DNA of 63,493 bases, filler included, from Octopus bimaculoides (lineage: Eukaryota), in NCBI RefSeq assembly GCF_001194135.2. It is 6 parts of 6 records of this genome, joined end to end, with 100 filler letters (N's around TTAATTAATTAA, not from the genome) between each part and the next. Parts side by side here need not be neighbours in the genome. Positions count along the whole stretch, not along the records: positions 9,107 to 29,328 come from NC_068985.1; 5 more parts are not named here. One strand, written 5' to 3'. Both the position numbers and the translations under genes were made by a program. Within the stretch, counting starts at the first letter, position 1; every line of letters starts with the position of its first letter. Below the pieces are notes generated by a model, which worked only from the letters and a program-made list of their open reading frames with translations, was not told the origin of the DNA and ran no database searches. This document shows, in pieces, positions 11,457-25,900 of the stretch.

Positions 11457-14400
11457 GTAAGATTGCTTCTGATTTCTATATTTTTATTCTTTAAGATCCA
11501 TAACCTACTGGGTTTTTTTTAAATATCATTTATAAAGCAGAAGAAAATGAGAGTGAATTAGGCAAATATTCATGATTGTTTTGTAAATATTGAGTAAAAT
11601 ATTTTACATTCCACTTTACCTACAACTATACAACTTTCGTTTTTATAGTACTATTTTGATATAACACATAGGTGAAGTGGCATATAGTCAGTTATAATGT
11701 AGGAATGAATAATGATGTTATGCTCAAATAATGATTTTATTTATGAAGAAAAATACTGCAATTCCAAAACAAGATATGAAATGGTGAATTGTAATTCCAA
11801 TTGTCCACAATGTAAAATGAATAAGACTACACAAAAAACAAGTACCCCGATGTGAAAAGAAATAAATTCATAAACTGAGTCAATGTATAAAAATGTCACC
11901 TGATAGAGTCAATGGAGTGTTACTTGATTGGATGAATAGGCATAAGCTAAATGACAAACGATGAGGGAATAGGAAGATGTGATAGAATCATGTCACATGA
12001 TTAGAGGAATAAAAATAGACATTAAGTGAGCAATGTTTTGTGTTGAGGTAATTCAGATTGTCTCATCACCCCTTTTTTAAATGATGAATAGTTGATATAT
12101 NNNNNNNNNNTTTGTTTTGAGGGTTTACCTGTATGTGCTCCACAGATTTTCTGTTTTGAATAGACCTTCTTAAATTCAATGAAGTGATTTCTAATTGGGT
12201 TTGAATGTCCCAAGTTTTCATATTTCCGTGCTCCTGATTCATAAATAGTGGTATTGACTGCTGTTTCTTCCATCTTAACTGGTTAACATGCTGCATTGAG
12301 GTGAAAAGTTCAACTAATACCTCATATACGATGTTACTTCTCTGCTTTGTCACCTGACCATCTTGCCAGCTGGGATGACCAGGTTGAGTACCAAGTACAT
12401 ATACTAGGTCTTCCCACCTGTACTTTAGTATATTAGTTATATTTGGTGAATGCTTTGCATTTCTAAGTATCATCATATCAAAGTGAATTTTTCTCTGAAA
12501 CATTATTTCTGCAGGTGGCTTGCTCCCAGGTACAGTAGAATTTATTGATATTCTGTAGTTCATTGAAAAACTGTTGCAAATCCTCTTCTAACTTACTACT
12601 CCCCTCAATTTTGAGTAATGAAAACTTAAGGGTATTCATGAACCTTCCAGCTAATCCAGTGGATTGAGGATTATATGAAGGAGTCCTTACATGATTGATA
12701 CCATTTTTCTTACAAAATGTGAATTCTGGAGAAGTGAATTGTGGGCTGTTATCTGATACTAAGACATCTGGTAACCCAAATCTTGGAAAACTTGATGTAG
12801 CTTTTGTATTGTGGAGGAAGTTCCAAATCTGAAACTTGGTTCCAAAACAACACACTTAAAGTTCACCAACCAAATTCACCACCTTCATTCCTTTCAGCAA
12901 TAAGATTTGGTTGTATCCTGCATTTCTTACTTTTGCAAATTAATAAACTATTTGTCATTACCTCTTCTATGCAAGGCAATACACTTCCATGCAAGGTAAT
13001 ATAACCCCACAAGCCCCTTCAACATCCTGCATACAGATGTCAATCACATCCATCATAGACACACGTGCTTATATTATTTTAAGAAACAGAAACTGCAAAT
13101 GCATCAGTAGAGACATGATGGCTCAGTCTCCTTCAACTATACCAGAACATAATCCTTATACATATCACTAAAAGGGGAAAATATCATCTCATGTAACACC
13201 TTTCTGTATTCATGTATGACACATCACTAAATATCTCAGTCATTGCAAATTATTAATCTATAATGTTAACAAAACTGTGTCTTAAAGACTGGGATACTCA
13301 TCTGAAGCAACAAAATACCTCCACTGTGAAAGGGTTTTGACTCATAACAAAGCTCAGATGTAACTTACAGCAGAATATTGTTCACTGATTTGGGACATTG
13401 TTGCTGCTACACTTGTATAAATACATTATTAACATCACCATTCTTGGAGGACCTGAAAATTCACAAGTGTTTTAAATTTACAAATCCTTTCACTAAATAC
13501 AAAAGAAAATGTGCATTGTTAAAGTTAATTTCTAATATATACATGTAAAAATATTATAATAGATGCATCCCAATTTCTTGGAAATGTGATGGAGAAAATG
13601 ACTGCCCTGATGGAGAAGATGAAAAGGGTTGTGGTAAGTGCATTCATATAAAATTTAAAGTGACATTTATTGTAGAAAAATATGATCAGAGAAAATTTAT
13701 CATAGTTACAGGCATCATTAAAGAAATTGATTTCAGTTATATAACAAGTGGTTGCCTAGACAAAAGCATTTAATATTGTGGCAGAGAAAATCAGAAACAT
13801 TTGGGAGCTAAACAAATGGCTTTAGAAATGTACTTTTATGTTCTAGGGGTCACTTTTTAAGTTTATAAAAAACATGTTTTTCATATATTTAAGGGACATT
13901 TTTATTCTCACACTAAATAAATAAACCTGAATAAAATAAAATTATGTGCTAAGGAAATGCTAATTATCATATTTGTCTAAATTTGAGTTCCTGAGATGGT
14001 ATACATACGATTGTAGATCTTGGGTCAGCAACTCACATATTTTGGTTTTATTTCAGTGATTTTTTACTCACTTTTGGTGATTTAGTTTCAAAATAATCAG
14101 TTTGTCTATGAGCTTCCAAAGAATCATCATTTAAAATTGTTACTTGTTACAGCATNNNNNNNNNNNNNNNNNNNNNNNNNNNNNNNNNNNNNNNNNNNNN
14201 NNNNNNNNNNNNNNNNNNNNNNNNNNNNNNNNNNNNNNNNNNNNNNNNNNNNNNNNNNNNNNNNNNNNNNNNNNNNNNNNNNNNNNNNNNNNNNNNNNNN
14301 NNNNNNNNNNNNNNNNNNNNNNNNNNNNNNNNNNNNNNNNNNNNNNNNNNNNNNNNNNNNNNNNNNNNNNNNNNNNNNNNNNNNNNNNNNNNNNNNNNNN

Positions 14401-16942
14401 NNNTAGAACCATGTCATTTTAGTTTCAGTTCCACTTAGTGGGACTAAGGATGCACATCTCTTGTACAAGGGGTGTTCATTAAAGATTTCCTCTGACCCAC
14501 TTCTGTGTATTGCAGGAAATGGAACTTGTACAGAAATAATTATACATGTCTCTACATGTCACATTTTAATTTGCAGCTTTACACTAGTATTCATTTGTCT
14601 TTTATGGCTACTAAAGTGGACTAAGGTACTATAATGAAGGCAGTTGAATGCAGATCAGTGATCAGATTCTTATAATTGAAAGGTTGTACACCAAAAGAGA
14701 TTTTCGATGAGATGAAAGAAGTATATGGTGATGATGCACCATTATACAATGTAGTGAAGCACTGGCATCACCAGTTCAAATGTGGTTGGACATCAGTAGA
14801 AACTGCTCCTATTCCTAGATGACCACATTCTGCCATTGATGACAACACCATCCATAAAGTGAAAGCTGCCGTTTTAGAGGATCGCTGTATAACTATTCAG
14901 CAACCAGCCCAAGAAGTGAAGATATGTGTAGGGTCCAGACCAGTTGTCTGCTTGGTGGATTCCCTGAATGCTCACATCTTTTCAGAAGCAGAAATAAGTC
15001 GATTGTTCCCAGGCCAAGAAAACAGACTTTTTCAGCAGACTTACCTCAGACGATGAAACATGGGTCCATCACTATGATCCTGAGACTAAAGTCCAGTCAA
15101 AGCAATGGAAACATGATAACTCACCACCTCCAAAGAACACTTGTGTCCAACCCTCAGCAGGCAAGTTAATGCTCACAGTCTTTTGGGACCAGTGCAGAAT
15201 AGTGATGATGGATTTCCTGGCAAAGGGCACCACAATTAACAGGGCATATTATGCTTTCCTGCTGCAGAAATTGCAGGATGCCATCGAAGCAAAGAGGAGT
15301 GGCATGCTGACCAAATGAGTCCCCTCCTCCAAAACTACGCCCCAGGTCACAATGCTCATGTTGTCCAGATGAAAGCACACTCCTGCAGCTATGAAATACT
15401 TCCTCATCNNNNNNNNNNNNNNNNNNNNNNNNNNNNNNNNNNNNNNNNNNNNNNNNNNNNNNNNNNNNNNNNNNNNNNNNNNNNNNNNNNNNNNNNNNNN
15501 NNNNNNNNNNNNNNNNNNNNNNNNNNNNNNNNNNNNNNNNNNNNNNNNNNNNNNNNNNNNNNNNNNNNNNNNNNNNNNNNNNNNNNNNNNNNNNNNNNNN
15601 NNNNNNNNNNNNNNNNNNNNNNNNNNNNNNNNNNNNNNNNNNNNNNNNNNNNNNNNNNNNNNNNNNNNNNNNNNNNNNNNNNNNNNNNNNNNNNNNNNNN
15701 NNNNNNNNNNNNNNNNNNNNNNNNNNNNNNNNNNNNNNNNNNNNNNNNNNNNNNNNNNNNNNNNNNNNNNNNNNNNNNNNNNNNNNNNNNNNNNNNNNNN
15801 NNNNNNNNNNNNNNNNNNNNNNNNNNNNNNNNNNNNNNNNNNNNNNNNNNNNNNNNNNNNNNNNNNNNNNNNNNNNNNNNNNNNNNNNNNNNNNNNNNNN
15901 NNNNNNNNNNNNNNNNNNNNNNNNNNNNNNNNNNNNNNNNNNNNNNNNNNNNNNNNNNNNNNNNNNNNNNNNNNNNNNNNNNNNNNNNNNNNNNNNNNNN
16001 NNNNNNNNNNNNNNNNNNNNNNNNNNNNNNNNNNNNNNNNNNNNNNNNNNNNNNNNNNNNNNNNNNNNNNNNNNNNNNNNNNNNNNNCTATGGATTAACT
16101 ACCAGACTTAGAATAAGTACAGGGGTCAAGTTGTTAGGCTAAACCCTTCAAGGTGATACTCTAGCATGGTTGGACTCTGAAGACTGAAACAAACAAAAAA
16201 ATATAACTTCAAAATCTATTTCTAAATGAAATATACCAGAGCCTCAAAATACTTATCTGATTATTATCAAATAATAATTGTTTCTAACATAAGTACATTA
16301 TCAGAATTTTCTTTTTAAAGAGAGATGGGGGTGATACACAGTTGATTGCATTGACCCCAGTGCTTTATTTCATTAGCCCAGAAAAGTTGAAATCGACCTT
16401 GGGGTGATTTGATCATAACTAAACTGCAAACCATTTTGTCCACTCTGCTAATGATTCCATCAAGAATAATAATACTAATTTTGCCCCTCAACTTGCAAGA
16501 TTGATCCATCCATTCAATACAACATGTTACAAAAGGGATTACAAGGAATTTAGTGACGTACACAAATCAAAATGAGGGGTGAGGTAAAATGTCCTATTAA
16601 TACATATTAAAAACATTATGACTATCAGATAAATTAAAAGCACAAAATATATAAATGCATGTCATCATCCATATCACCATCATTGTTTTAATGTCCTCTT
16701 TCTTCTTATAGTCTGGGTTAGGAGAAATGTTTTGAGACAGATTTTCTACAGCCAGATGCTCTTTATAGTTGCCAACCCTCAACTGTTTCCAAGCAAGGTC
16801 TTAATTTTTCTTGGCGAGACATGTTTCCATGGCAGATTGGAAATGAAGGACACTGCTTATATGATGATGACACTCATTTATCAATACATCTACAACATGA
16901 TGCCAAGACAAGGAGCCACAAACACCACCCTCCACACACACG

Positions 16943-16979
<37 letters not shown>

Positions 16980-19900
16980 NNNNNNNNNNNNNNNNNNNNN
17001 NNNNNNNNNNNNNNNNNNNNNNNGCACTCACACATACACATTCACTCGCACACACACACACACACACACACATAAATTTACACATATAATAGTTGTTTCA
17101 GTTTCCATTTTCAAAATCCATTCACAAGGCATTGGTTAACCCTGGGCCACAATAGAAGACACTTATTTAGGGTGCTACACAGTGGAACTGAATCCAAAAC
17201 CACATGGTTAGTTAGTAAACTTTGCAACTGCTCAGCCATGCCAACATATTAATGAATATAAGTATAAGAAGGGCAATCCTCTCACGTATGAGTGAAAAAC
17301 CAATGGAATTAATAGATAAACAGAAAACTCCCTTTTGGCCATTTATCTATGTCATTTTATGTTCTGAGTTCTAATTTCACAGGGATCAAATTTATCTTCT
17401 TTTATCTGAGGTCAATAAAATCAGTACAGACAAAGCACTGGGCTAGGTTAATTTATACCATTCCCTAAATGATGGGGTTCTGTGGTTATATTAAAAATCA
17501 ATATTTTTCTTAATTAGTACATCAAAGTATCAGACTGAGTGGTTCACAGCATTCGGTTTACACCCCTGTATTCTGATTTCAAATCTCTTTCAAATTGACT
17601 TTGATTTTTCTCACTTTGAGATTGCCAAAATCTGACAGACATATTCTGAGATAGATTGAATCCACTATTTTTTCCCTTCCTAAATGAGGCTAATTTTCAC
17701 AAAATTAATTTTACATGCATACAACTTCTTTTCCAGAGCCAGAAGTGAGTTGTCCTACTAATTCAATGATGTGTTCAAGCAGAAAGATGTAAGATTGCTT
17801 CCCATTTCTATATTTTTATTCTTTAATTTTCATAATCATTTAAAGATCTTTTATATCTTTTAAGAAGTTGAAGAAAATGTGAGTGTATTAGGCAAATATT
17901 CATGATTGTTTTGTAAATATCAATTAAAATATTCTTTTTCTTTTTACCCATTGCTGCTCATCTCTTGTTTCCATAGCATGATTGTGTTATATTTAATACA
18001 TATGGCAATAAGTTTGTTCCCATTAACTAATGTCAACTTTCCAAAATGAGTTAAGTATATTGGAGTTTTTTTTATTATTTTCCCCCTACACGTATCTTTC
18101 TAGCTCCCTTTTTTTACCTCTTTCTATCTCTTTATTATCCCCTTTCTCTCTTCATATAAATACTATTCCATAAGTAATCAGTGATCACTCATTCATGTCC
18201 TTAGAATGACTCATATCAATATTTTTTTTAACTGAAGGTCTAAGAGTTATGCTATGTTATATACAACAGTAATTCCTCAATCAATGAAATTCCCTCCGAT
18301 AGTATTTATTTATAGATAGGAAGCCACATTATACAAAGATTACAATTAGGACCCTAGGCTTGTTGGGGTGGGGGCTAGGCAATTATCTAGTATGCCAGTG
18401 CATTAAAATTGCACTGCATCTAAGATGTATAATTGGATTACAACATAAATATACACAACCTCTCCACACACTCACAGAACACACACAGGTTCATATGTAG
18501 ATGACGTCCACAGTAATTACAATAATAGCTTCTGCTTTCCTGAAAATAAGCTGTGTATCATTCCAACCCGTCTTACCGATGCACTCATCTCTTTTCCTCT
18601 CATATTCTCTACTGTATTTGCTTTCCTACAAACTACCCAATAATCACTTTGATCAATCCTTCTTACTCTAAATGTTGTCCTTTAAAATTCCTTTTACCCC
18701 TATAATTTTCTTATTGATATCATTTTATAGTTCAACTAATACTGCTTTTAACCGCACCATTTTGAGAGAATCTGGAAAATCATGAGTGCTTCCTCTCAAT
18801 ATTTCACGATTTAAAAAACAATTTGTATGTAGTGTTTAAGCTTCTTTCTGATACAAGGAAAATTTATTCAATAGTTGCATACCACTTCAATGGAAGTGTG
18901 ACGGAGATCGTGATTGTCCTGGTGGAGAAGATGAGAGTGAATGTGGTAAGTATATGAAACTAGACTCTTGTATAATTCAAAGTGATATTTGTAGCAGAAA
19001 AGTTTGATAACAGAAAAATTATTATAATTATAGAGATTAGGAGATTAGGAGAGAAATTATCTATAATAGTCTGAGAAGTTGAAGATTTGACATGTTGGTG
19101 ATGTATCTGTTACTAGGACAGTTGATGGCTGAAATCTTAGAAAGTCAGACATTGCCTTAGTTACATCTTTTTACCACCGAGAATCAACTTTGCTTTTGTA
19201 ACTTTGAGGTTGGTAAAGTATGTATTTCATGTACTTAAGGAACAGCATGTACTTAAGAAATACTAAATGAACAATTCTAAATAAAGCAAAGTTTATATAT
19301 TATGGCAATGCTAATTGTCATACTTGTCTAAAAGCATTTCCACTGCCTACAATGTCACATCAAAAATAACAATAGGCCTGTGATAATAGAAACTTGAGCT
19401 CTTCAAATGGTATATACATGATTGTAGAACTTGGGTCTACACACTTAGTAATAAGCAGCACACTTATTTTGGTGTCAGTGATTTTGACTCCCTTTTGTAG
19501 ATTCAGTTTCAAAATGGTTAGTTTGTCTTTGAGCTTCCGAAGAATTATCACTTAAAATTGCTGCATCTTATAGTATTAACAGGTTATATTGAGATATTTT
19601 CATGAAATATAACATCCTTCATTGATTTCATTTCTTCTTTTCTCATTTTCTTATGATTTGATGCTATTACTTGAGTTGTTATTGGTGAAAATGAAAATGA
19701 AAGTTTATTCCATTGAAGTCACAAGAACCAATACCTTCTCTGATTGTCTCATTTATACCAAAATTTTAAATATATACTTCAGAACTAATTTCCACAAAAA
19801 AAGTTACAGAAATTATAAATTTTAACAAGAGCAACAATGAGAGAAAGAGAGAGAGGAAGCAGAGCTGGAGGAGAACAACAACCAGAAGAGATGTTGCAAA

Positions 19901-22900
19901 AGCTCATATGGCTTTAAAGGTCAGTTATTGATCAATAAAGCCATATTTGAAAACTGTTGAAGAAAAAGGAAGGCATTGGAAATGGCATAAATTGCACACT
20001 GGAAGGCTTTTAACAGTATTCCCTTCACATGGATCCTGAAAACATTGAGTAAGGCAGCATCAGTAACAATAGAATATATAAAACCTGCCATGAGTAAATG
20101 ACAAACAGTTCTGCAACGACAGATAAAAGAGGGAATTGTAAAACTAGATCCATCCCTATTAAAAGAGGAAAATGTGAAGAGAACGATCACATGCTACACA
20201 CATTCCTTCCAAGCACTGCAATAAACAGCAGAAGTGAAGTAGAACGTTAAAACTTAGAGCAAATGCACAGCAGAATTGAAGGTCAATCTGTGCCAAGCAG
20301 CTTCACTCTGTGTACTTTAGCTTCGTTACTCTGGCAACAACCCAGGTACTAATTGATCAAGCCTCATAAACTGAAACCTATTTCTTGCTTCCTGATTTTT
20401 TGGAAGTTATTCACAGAGATTTTATCAGAAAGCATGTATTCCTTCTTGGTAAATGAAAATATTCTTCCAGAAGAACAAAAAGGTTGCAAACAAAGAAGTA
20501 AAGGCACAAAGGATCATCTCTTGATTGATAAAGCCATTCTCAGAGATTGCAAAAGAAGACATAGCAACCTTTCAATGGAATAGATTGACTACCAAAAGGC
20601 ATATGACCTCATTCCCCATTCATGGATATTAGAGTGTCTGGCACTTTTCAGAGTAGCCAATAATATAAGAGAATTTATTCAGCTGAGCATGGGAAGTTAG
20701 AAAGTTGAGTTAACATCATATGGTAAAGTGCTTGGAGAGGTCACAATCAAGAGCCTATCACCACTTTTATTTGTCCGGTGCATGATTAATTTGTTTTGTT
20801 TTTGTTTTTGTTTTTGTTTTTGTTTGCTGAGAAAGATTGGCCTTGGTTATGAGTGGGGACAACCAAACCTTAAAGTCAACCATTCGTTATTTATAGAAGA
20901 CTTGAAGTCGTTTGAAAGAATCAGGCACAAGTAGACTCATTGATCAAAACGGTACACTTGTTCAGTGAGGACATAGAAGTGGAATTCAGAATATAGAATA
21001 AGGAAAAGTGGTGAGAACTGAAGGGACAGAACTACAAGATGGTACTGTCAAGAAGGACAGTGAAGAGAGTGGGTATTTGGCATCATGGAGACTGGCAAAA
21101 TAAAAGAAAATGAAATGAAGAATTTACACAAAAAAGAGTACATAAGATGATTGTGTATGATTCTCAAATCAAAATTAACTGGAAGAAATAAAGTAACTGT
21201 CATAAATATTTGGGCTGTGTCAGCACTAAGATATGGAATGAGCATACTTAAATGGTTAAAAGAAGAGATAAACCAGATGGAGTGAGAAATGAAGAAGAAA
21301 TGGCAATGTGTGGAGCTTTACACCTTAAAAGTGACAGGCATATGATACACTTACCATGAAAAGATGGAGGAGGCTGTGAAGTGCATAAAATGTGAAGAAA
21401 TGAAGAAAATAGTCTTGCATAAGAAGCAAAGAAAATAGTCTTGATTGGCATATTCAGAACAGCACAGAACCATTATTCATGGGAGTTAAATTGGCTGGGA
21501 TCATAGAAGCTGAGTTGTACACCTACAAAAAAGAGTTCAAAACAAATGAAGCTGAAAAGAAGGCTGCAGAGTTGAAAGACAAGGTGATGCATGGACAGTT
21601 CCAAATAGATATGGATAAAGACTCTAATTTTGGAAAGATAGACAAACACATGAGTAAGGGAGATTTGAAAGAAGTGGGTGGAAGCTCTCATTTGTGCTGC
21701 TCAAGAGCAAGCATTAAGAACTAACTATGTCCAGCCACATACACCTCCATGTTATCTAGTCCCATGTCTTGCTTTTTTGAGTTCAAATCATACCAGAATT
21801 GATTTTTCCTTTAGAATACTTAAAGCAGTTTTTTTTTTTTTTGCCTTGGTTTGTGAGTAAAAGTAAGTGAAAGATAAAGAATTAAGTAAGATTGGAACAC
21901 ATATCTTTTTCAACAAGATTACTAATTAATTTCATGTTGTCAATTAAAAATCTGGGTCTGAATGTAAAGCTGGAAATCACCCATTTATCATGTCAGTTCT
22001 ACTCCCATACATAAATCTAGGCTAAACTTAGATATTTATGTGTAATTTAGTAATAATATGAGTGTGACAACAATGAATTACAATAAGTTATATTTTTTGT
22101 TCTAGGTACTACCACTAATTCATCTTTTACTTGTCCTCCTGACAAAATGAAATGCTTACAAAGGTAAGTAAATTTCTGATTTGATTGCATTTATCTCTAA
22201 ATAATTATATTCATATAGTTTTAAAGTATGAGTAATTTATGGAGAGACAACTGAAGTAAACAAGCAATCATCGAGTTTAAAATAACTTCCAAAGCTTCTT
22301 CAACAATATTTTTCAGAGCAAAGCTTTGAAAAAATGATATTCAATAATTCTTACTGTCATGTTTTCTTATACAAGAAAAACTCACAGGAAATACTTCAAT
22401 TTCAAGTAAATTTTTTTTAAATGTATATAATTAAGCAGAAGATACTCTATTTTACTAAAATGTCTAGTGAGCCATGCATTGCATCACATTAGTGGGAAAT
22501 TTATCAATTAATCAATTTATTTATGCATATTTACCTAGATTGGCTTGAAGTTATTTATGGGAAAAAATACAAAATTATCATTTATAAGCTTCTTTAATAT
22601 TACTCATAATGTATGAAGTAAATTTACAGCAGTTCAACCTCCCCTTCTACCAGTTCATATACCACTGATGCTTATCTCTGGCTTCCAAACTATAAGCAAA
22701 TGAAATGCATGTCTCCTCCATGGATAAGTTGTAAGTCTATTACATAATAACTATTAACATTAATTAAAGTCTTTTTTCCTGGCAAATACAAGCAGATGAG
22801 AAAGTCCTTTAAGAGCTTCATTCAAACAGATATTTACTGTTTGAACCTTTACTAAACAATGTACTCTTTTAACAACAGCTGCCTTCCTGAAAGCTGGCGG

Positions 22901-25900
22901 TGTGATGGATCAGCAGATTGCCCTGATAGTTCAGATGAAAAAAATTGTAGTAAGTATATATACATGATAAGATGATTTTAAATCTATACTATATATAAAA
23001 CAGAGATGTGTGTGTAATAGCTTTTCATGTGAAATCGACTTCACCAAATGCTTCCATACTTCTGATGCGTGAATAATTTGACCTCGGGTAAATCTTAGGC
23101 TCTTCATTTGATTTTTTTAATTAAAAATAAATAATATTGCTTTATATTTAAGATTCACTTCTTTAAAAAGTTTTCTCAATGTCAACTTCCGGTATTGACG
23201 TAACAACGCCAAAAAAAGCTTCACTCTCTATTTTGTGTGTGAGTGTGTGTGTTTGTGTGTATGAGAGAGAGAGAGAGAAAATACTACATACACACTGCTC
23301 TCTCACTCTGTCTCACACACACACACGCACACACACACACCCCTTGACTCACTCACACTCTGTCTCTTACAAACACACACATACATAAATGTATACAAAC
23401 ATATTTACAAAGACACACGTGTGTATGCGTGCGCGCGTGCGTGGGGGATTCCACAATCGCCATTTATTTCAATTACTCTTGTGAGGATATTCACGTAAAT
23501 CATTTTTTCATTTAATCCCCATTTTGATTTTCGTAAAAGTTTCCAAGTACCAATGAGGCTTTTCGGCACATCTTCAATTTTCCCCATTCATGAGAGGCAC
23601 CCAGCCATCATTCATCTGAGAGTCCATCTACAGAATGTCCTCTCAAATTTCTATACAGCATATTTTGCCTTTTTTTCTTCAAGTATATAAGCAACAATTT
23701 CATTCCCGAGCAACGCCGGGTGCCTCTGCTAGTATACTATAAATNNNNNNNNNNNNNNNNNNNNNNNNNNNNNNNNNNNNNNNNNNNNNNNNNNNNNNNN
23801 TGTGAAATCGACTTCACCAAATGCTTCCATACTTCTGATGCGTGAATAATTTGACCTCGGGTAAATCTTAGGCTCTTCATTTGATTTTTTTAATTAAAAA
23901 TAAATAATATTGCTTTATATTTAAGATTCACTTCTTTAAAAAGTTTTCTCAATGTCAACTTCCGGTATTGACGTAACAACGCCAAAAAAAGCTTCACTCT
24001 CTATTTTGTGTGTGAGTGTGTGTGTTTGTGTGTATGAGAGAGAGAGAGAGAGAAAATACTACATACACACTGCTCTCTCACTCTGTCTCACACACACACA
24101 CGCACACACACACACCCCTTGACTCACTCACACTCTGTCTCTTACAAACACACACATACATAAATGTATACAAACATATTTACAAAGACACACGTGTGTA
24201 TGCGTGCGCGCGTGCGTGGGGGATTCCACAATCGCCATTTATTTCAATTACTCTTGTGAGGATATTCACGTAAATCATTTTTTCATTTAATCCCCATTTT
24301 GATTTTCGTAAAAGTTTCCAAGTACCAATGAGGCTTTTCGGCACATCTTCAATTTTCCCCATTCATGAGAGGCACCCAGCCATCATTCATCTGAGAGTCC
24401 ATCTACAGAATGTCCTCTCAAATTTCTATACAGCATATTTTGCCTTTTTTTCTTCAAGTATATAAGCAACAATTTCATTCCCGAGCAACGCCGGGTGCCT
24501 CTGCTAGTATACTATAAATGGCAATAGTTGATGTAGATGGGACATAACTATACTTCAATATTACTTCGGGTGGAAGCAAACTGACTCAGCTAATAAGATA
24601 CTTTCTTGTAGGTTAGAAACTGAAATCTGCTGTAGATGCTTCCTGATGTTTCTAAGAACACATTAATCCACTTTACATCAGTTATATTTGCTACAGGTAT
24701 CTTTTTTTTATATATATAGGGATCCTTCTGAATTGACAGGCACCACTTTTCATTTATGTTTTATGTAGTGTTTTTTGGTACCGAAACACTTTTAAACTTC
24801 ATATACTTGTATATTTTGTGTTATAGAACAGATAAAATTTTTTGTATTCGAAGTTATTTCATGTAAAAAATTGTCGTATTTTGGTAATTTCAACCAATCA
24901 CTGACGTCTATTGAGGTGAAAACAATTACTGCTGTGAATTGTGAACACCACACATTGTGCGGTGTAATGGGATCTTTTCTCTTGAATAAAATTAGTGCCG
25001 TTGTTCGTCAACAACAACTATCAGCAGTACTGTTATTTATAACGTCGTTCATGCATTTGTACTGGTTTTAGCTTTAGGGTTTTAGGGTTAGGGTTCGGGT
25101 TTTAGGGTTAGGGTTCGGGTTTTAGAGTTAGGGTTATGATTATTTTTGCCATAACCTAACTCATAACCCTAACCAGGTATAATTACCAGGGAATAACGAT
25201 CTTGACACCAGCAAAAATTATTGTTTACAAAAACAGCAGTAACTGTATTCAGCTGAATAGACATCAGTGATTGGTTGAAATTACAGAAATACGACAACTT
25301 TAACATGAAATAACTTGCAATATAAACATTTTTTTAAGAAGGCTAAGAGAAAAAGATGTTTTATATGACACGTTCTTCTAGTATTCCAAGTTTGAAAGTG
25401 TTTCGTTAAGAAAATGAGTGGTGCCCGTCAATTCAGAAAGATCCATATATAGTTTTTGATTTTTTCACAAACAAGGCCTGAGGTCACTGTAATGTAAGGG
25501 ACTACAAAAAAATCAAGAATAGGGGCCTACAAATTCAATAGATGTCAATTAACAGAAAGATCAAATGAATGAATATCTTAGACCAGAGGAAAACAAGACA
25601 GTGGTAGTGAGTTCCAGAAAGCAACAGTACAAGGACAAAAGCTATTAGAATGAAAGGACTTATGATTAACAGGCAACTCAACAAAGAAACAATGCACCTG
25701 GGAAGAGAAGTAAGTGACAGGTTTAACCCTTTAGCATTTAGCCAAAATATCCAGCCAAAATAATCTACCTGCTTTATGTTCAAAATGGCCAAACCTACTC
25801 TACAATGTCATTCTACAAATAAATTACCACATCAAACTCTTGAAGCTATAAGATAATGTGTGAATAATTAAAAAAACAATGTGAATTAAGAAGTATTACA

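Noticed and set aside
23028-24519. Apparent tandem Helitron duplication
   Set aside because: The copies are virtually identical, include the same 3' flank and abut a gap; most likely a contig-overlap artefact. Long reads would decide.
25070-25175. Interstitial telomere as a chromosome-fusion relic
   Set aside because: It sits at the centre of a TIR-bounded element, so a mobile origin is more parsimonious.
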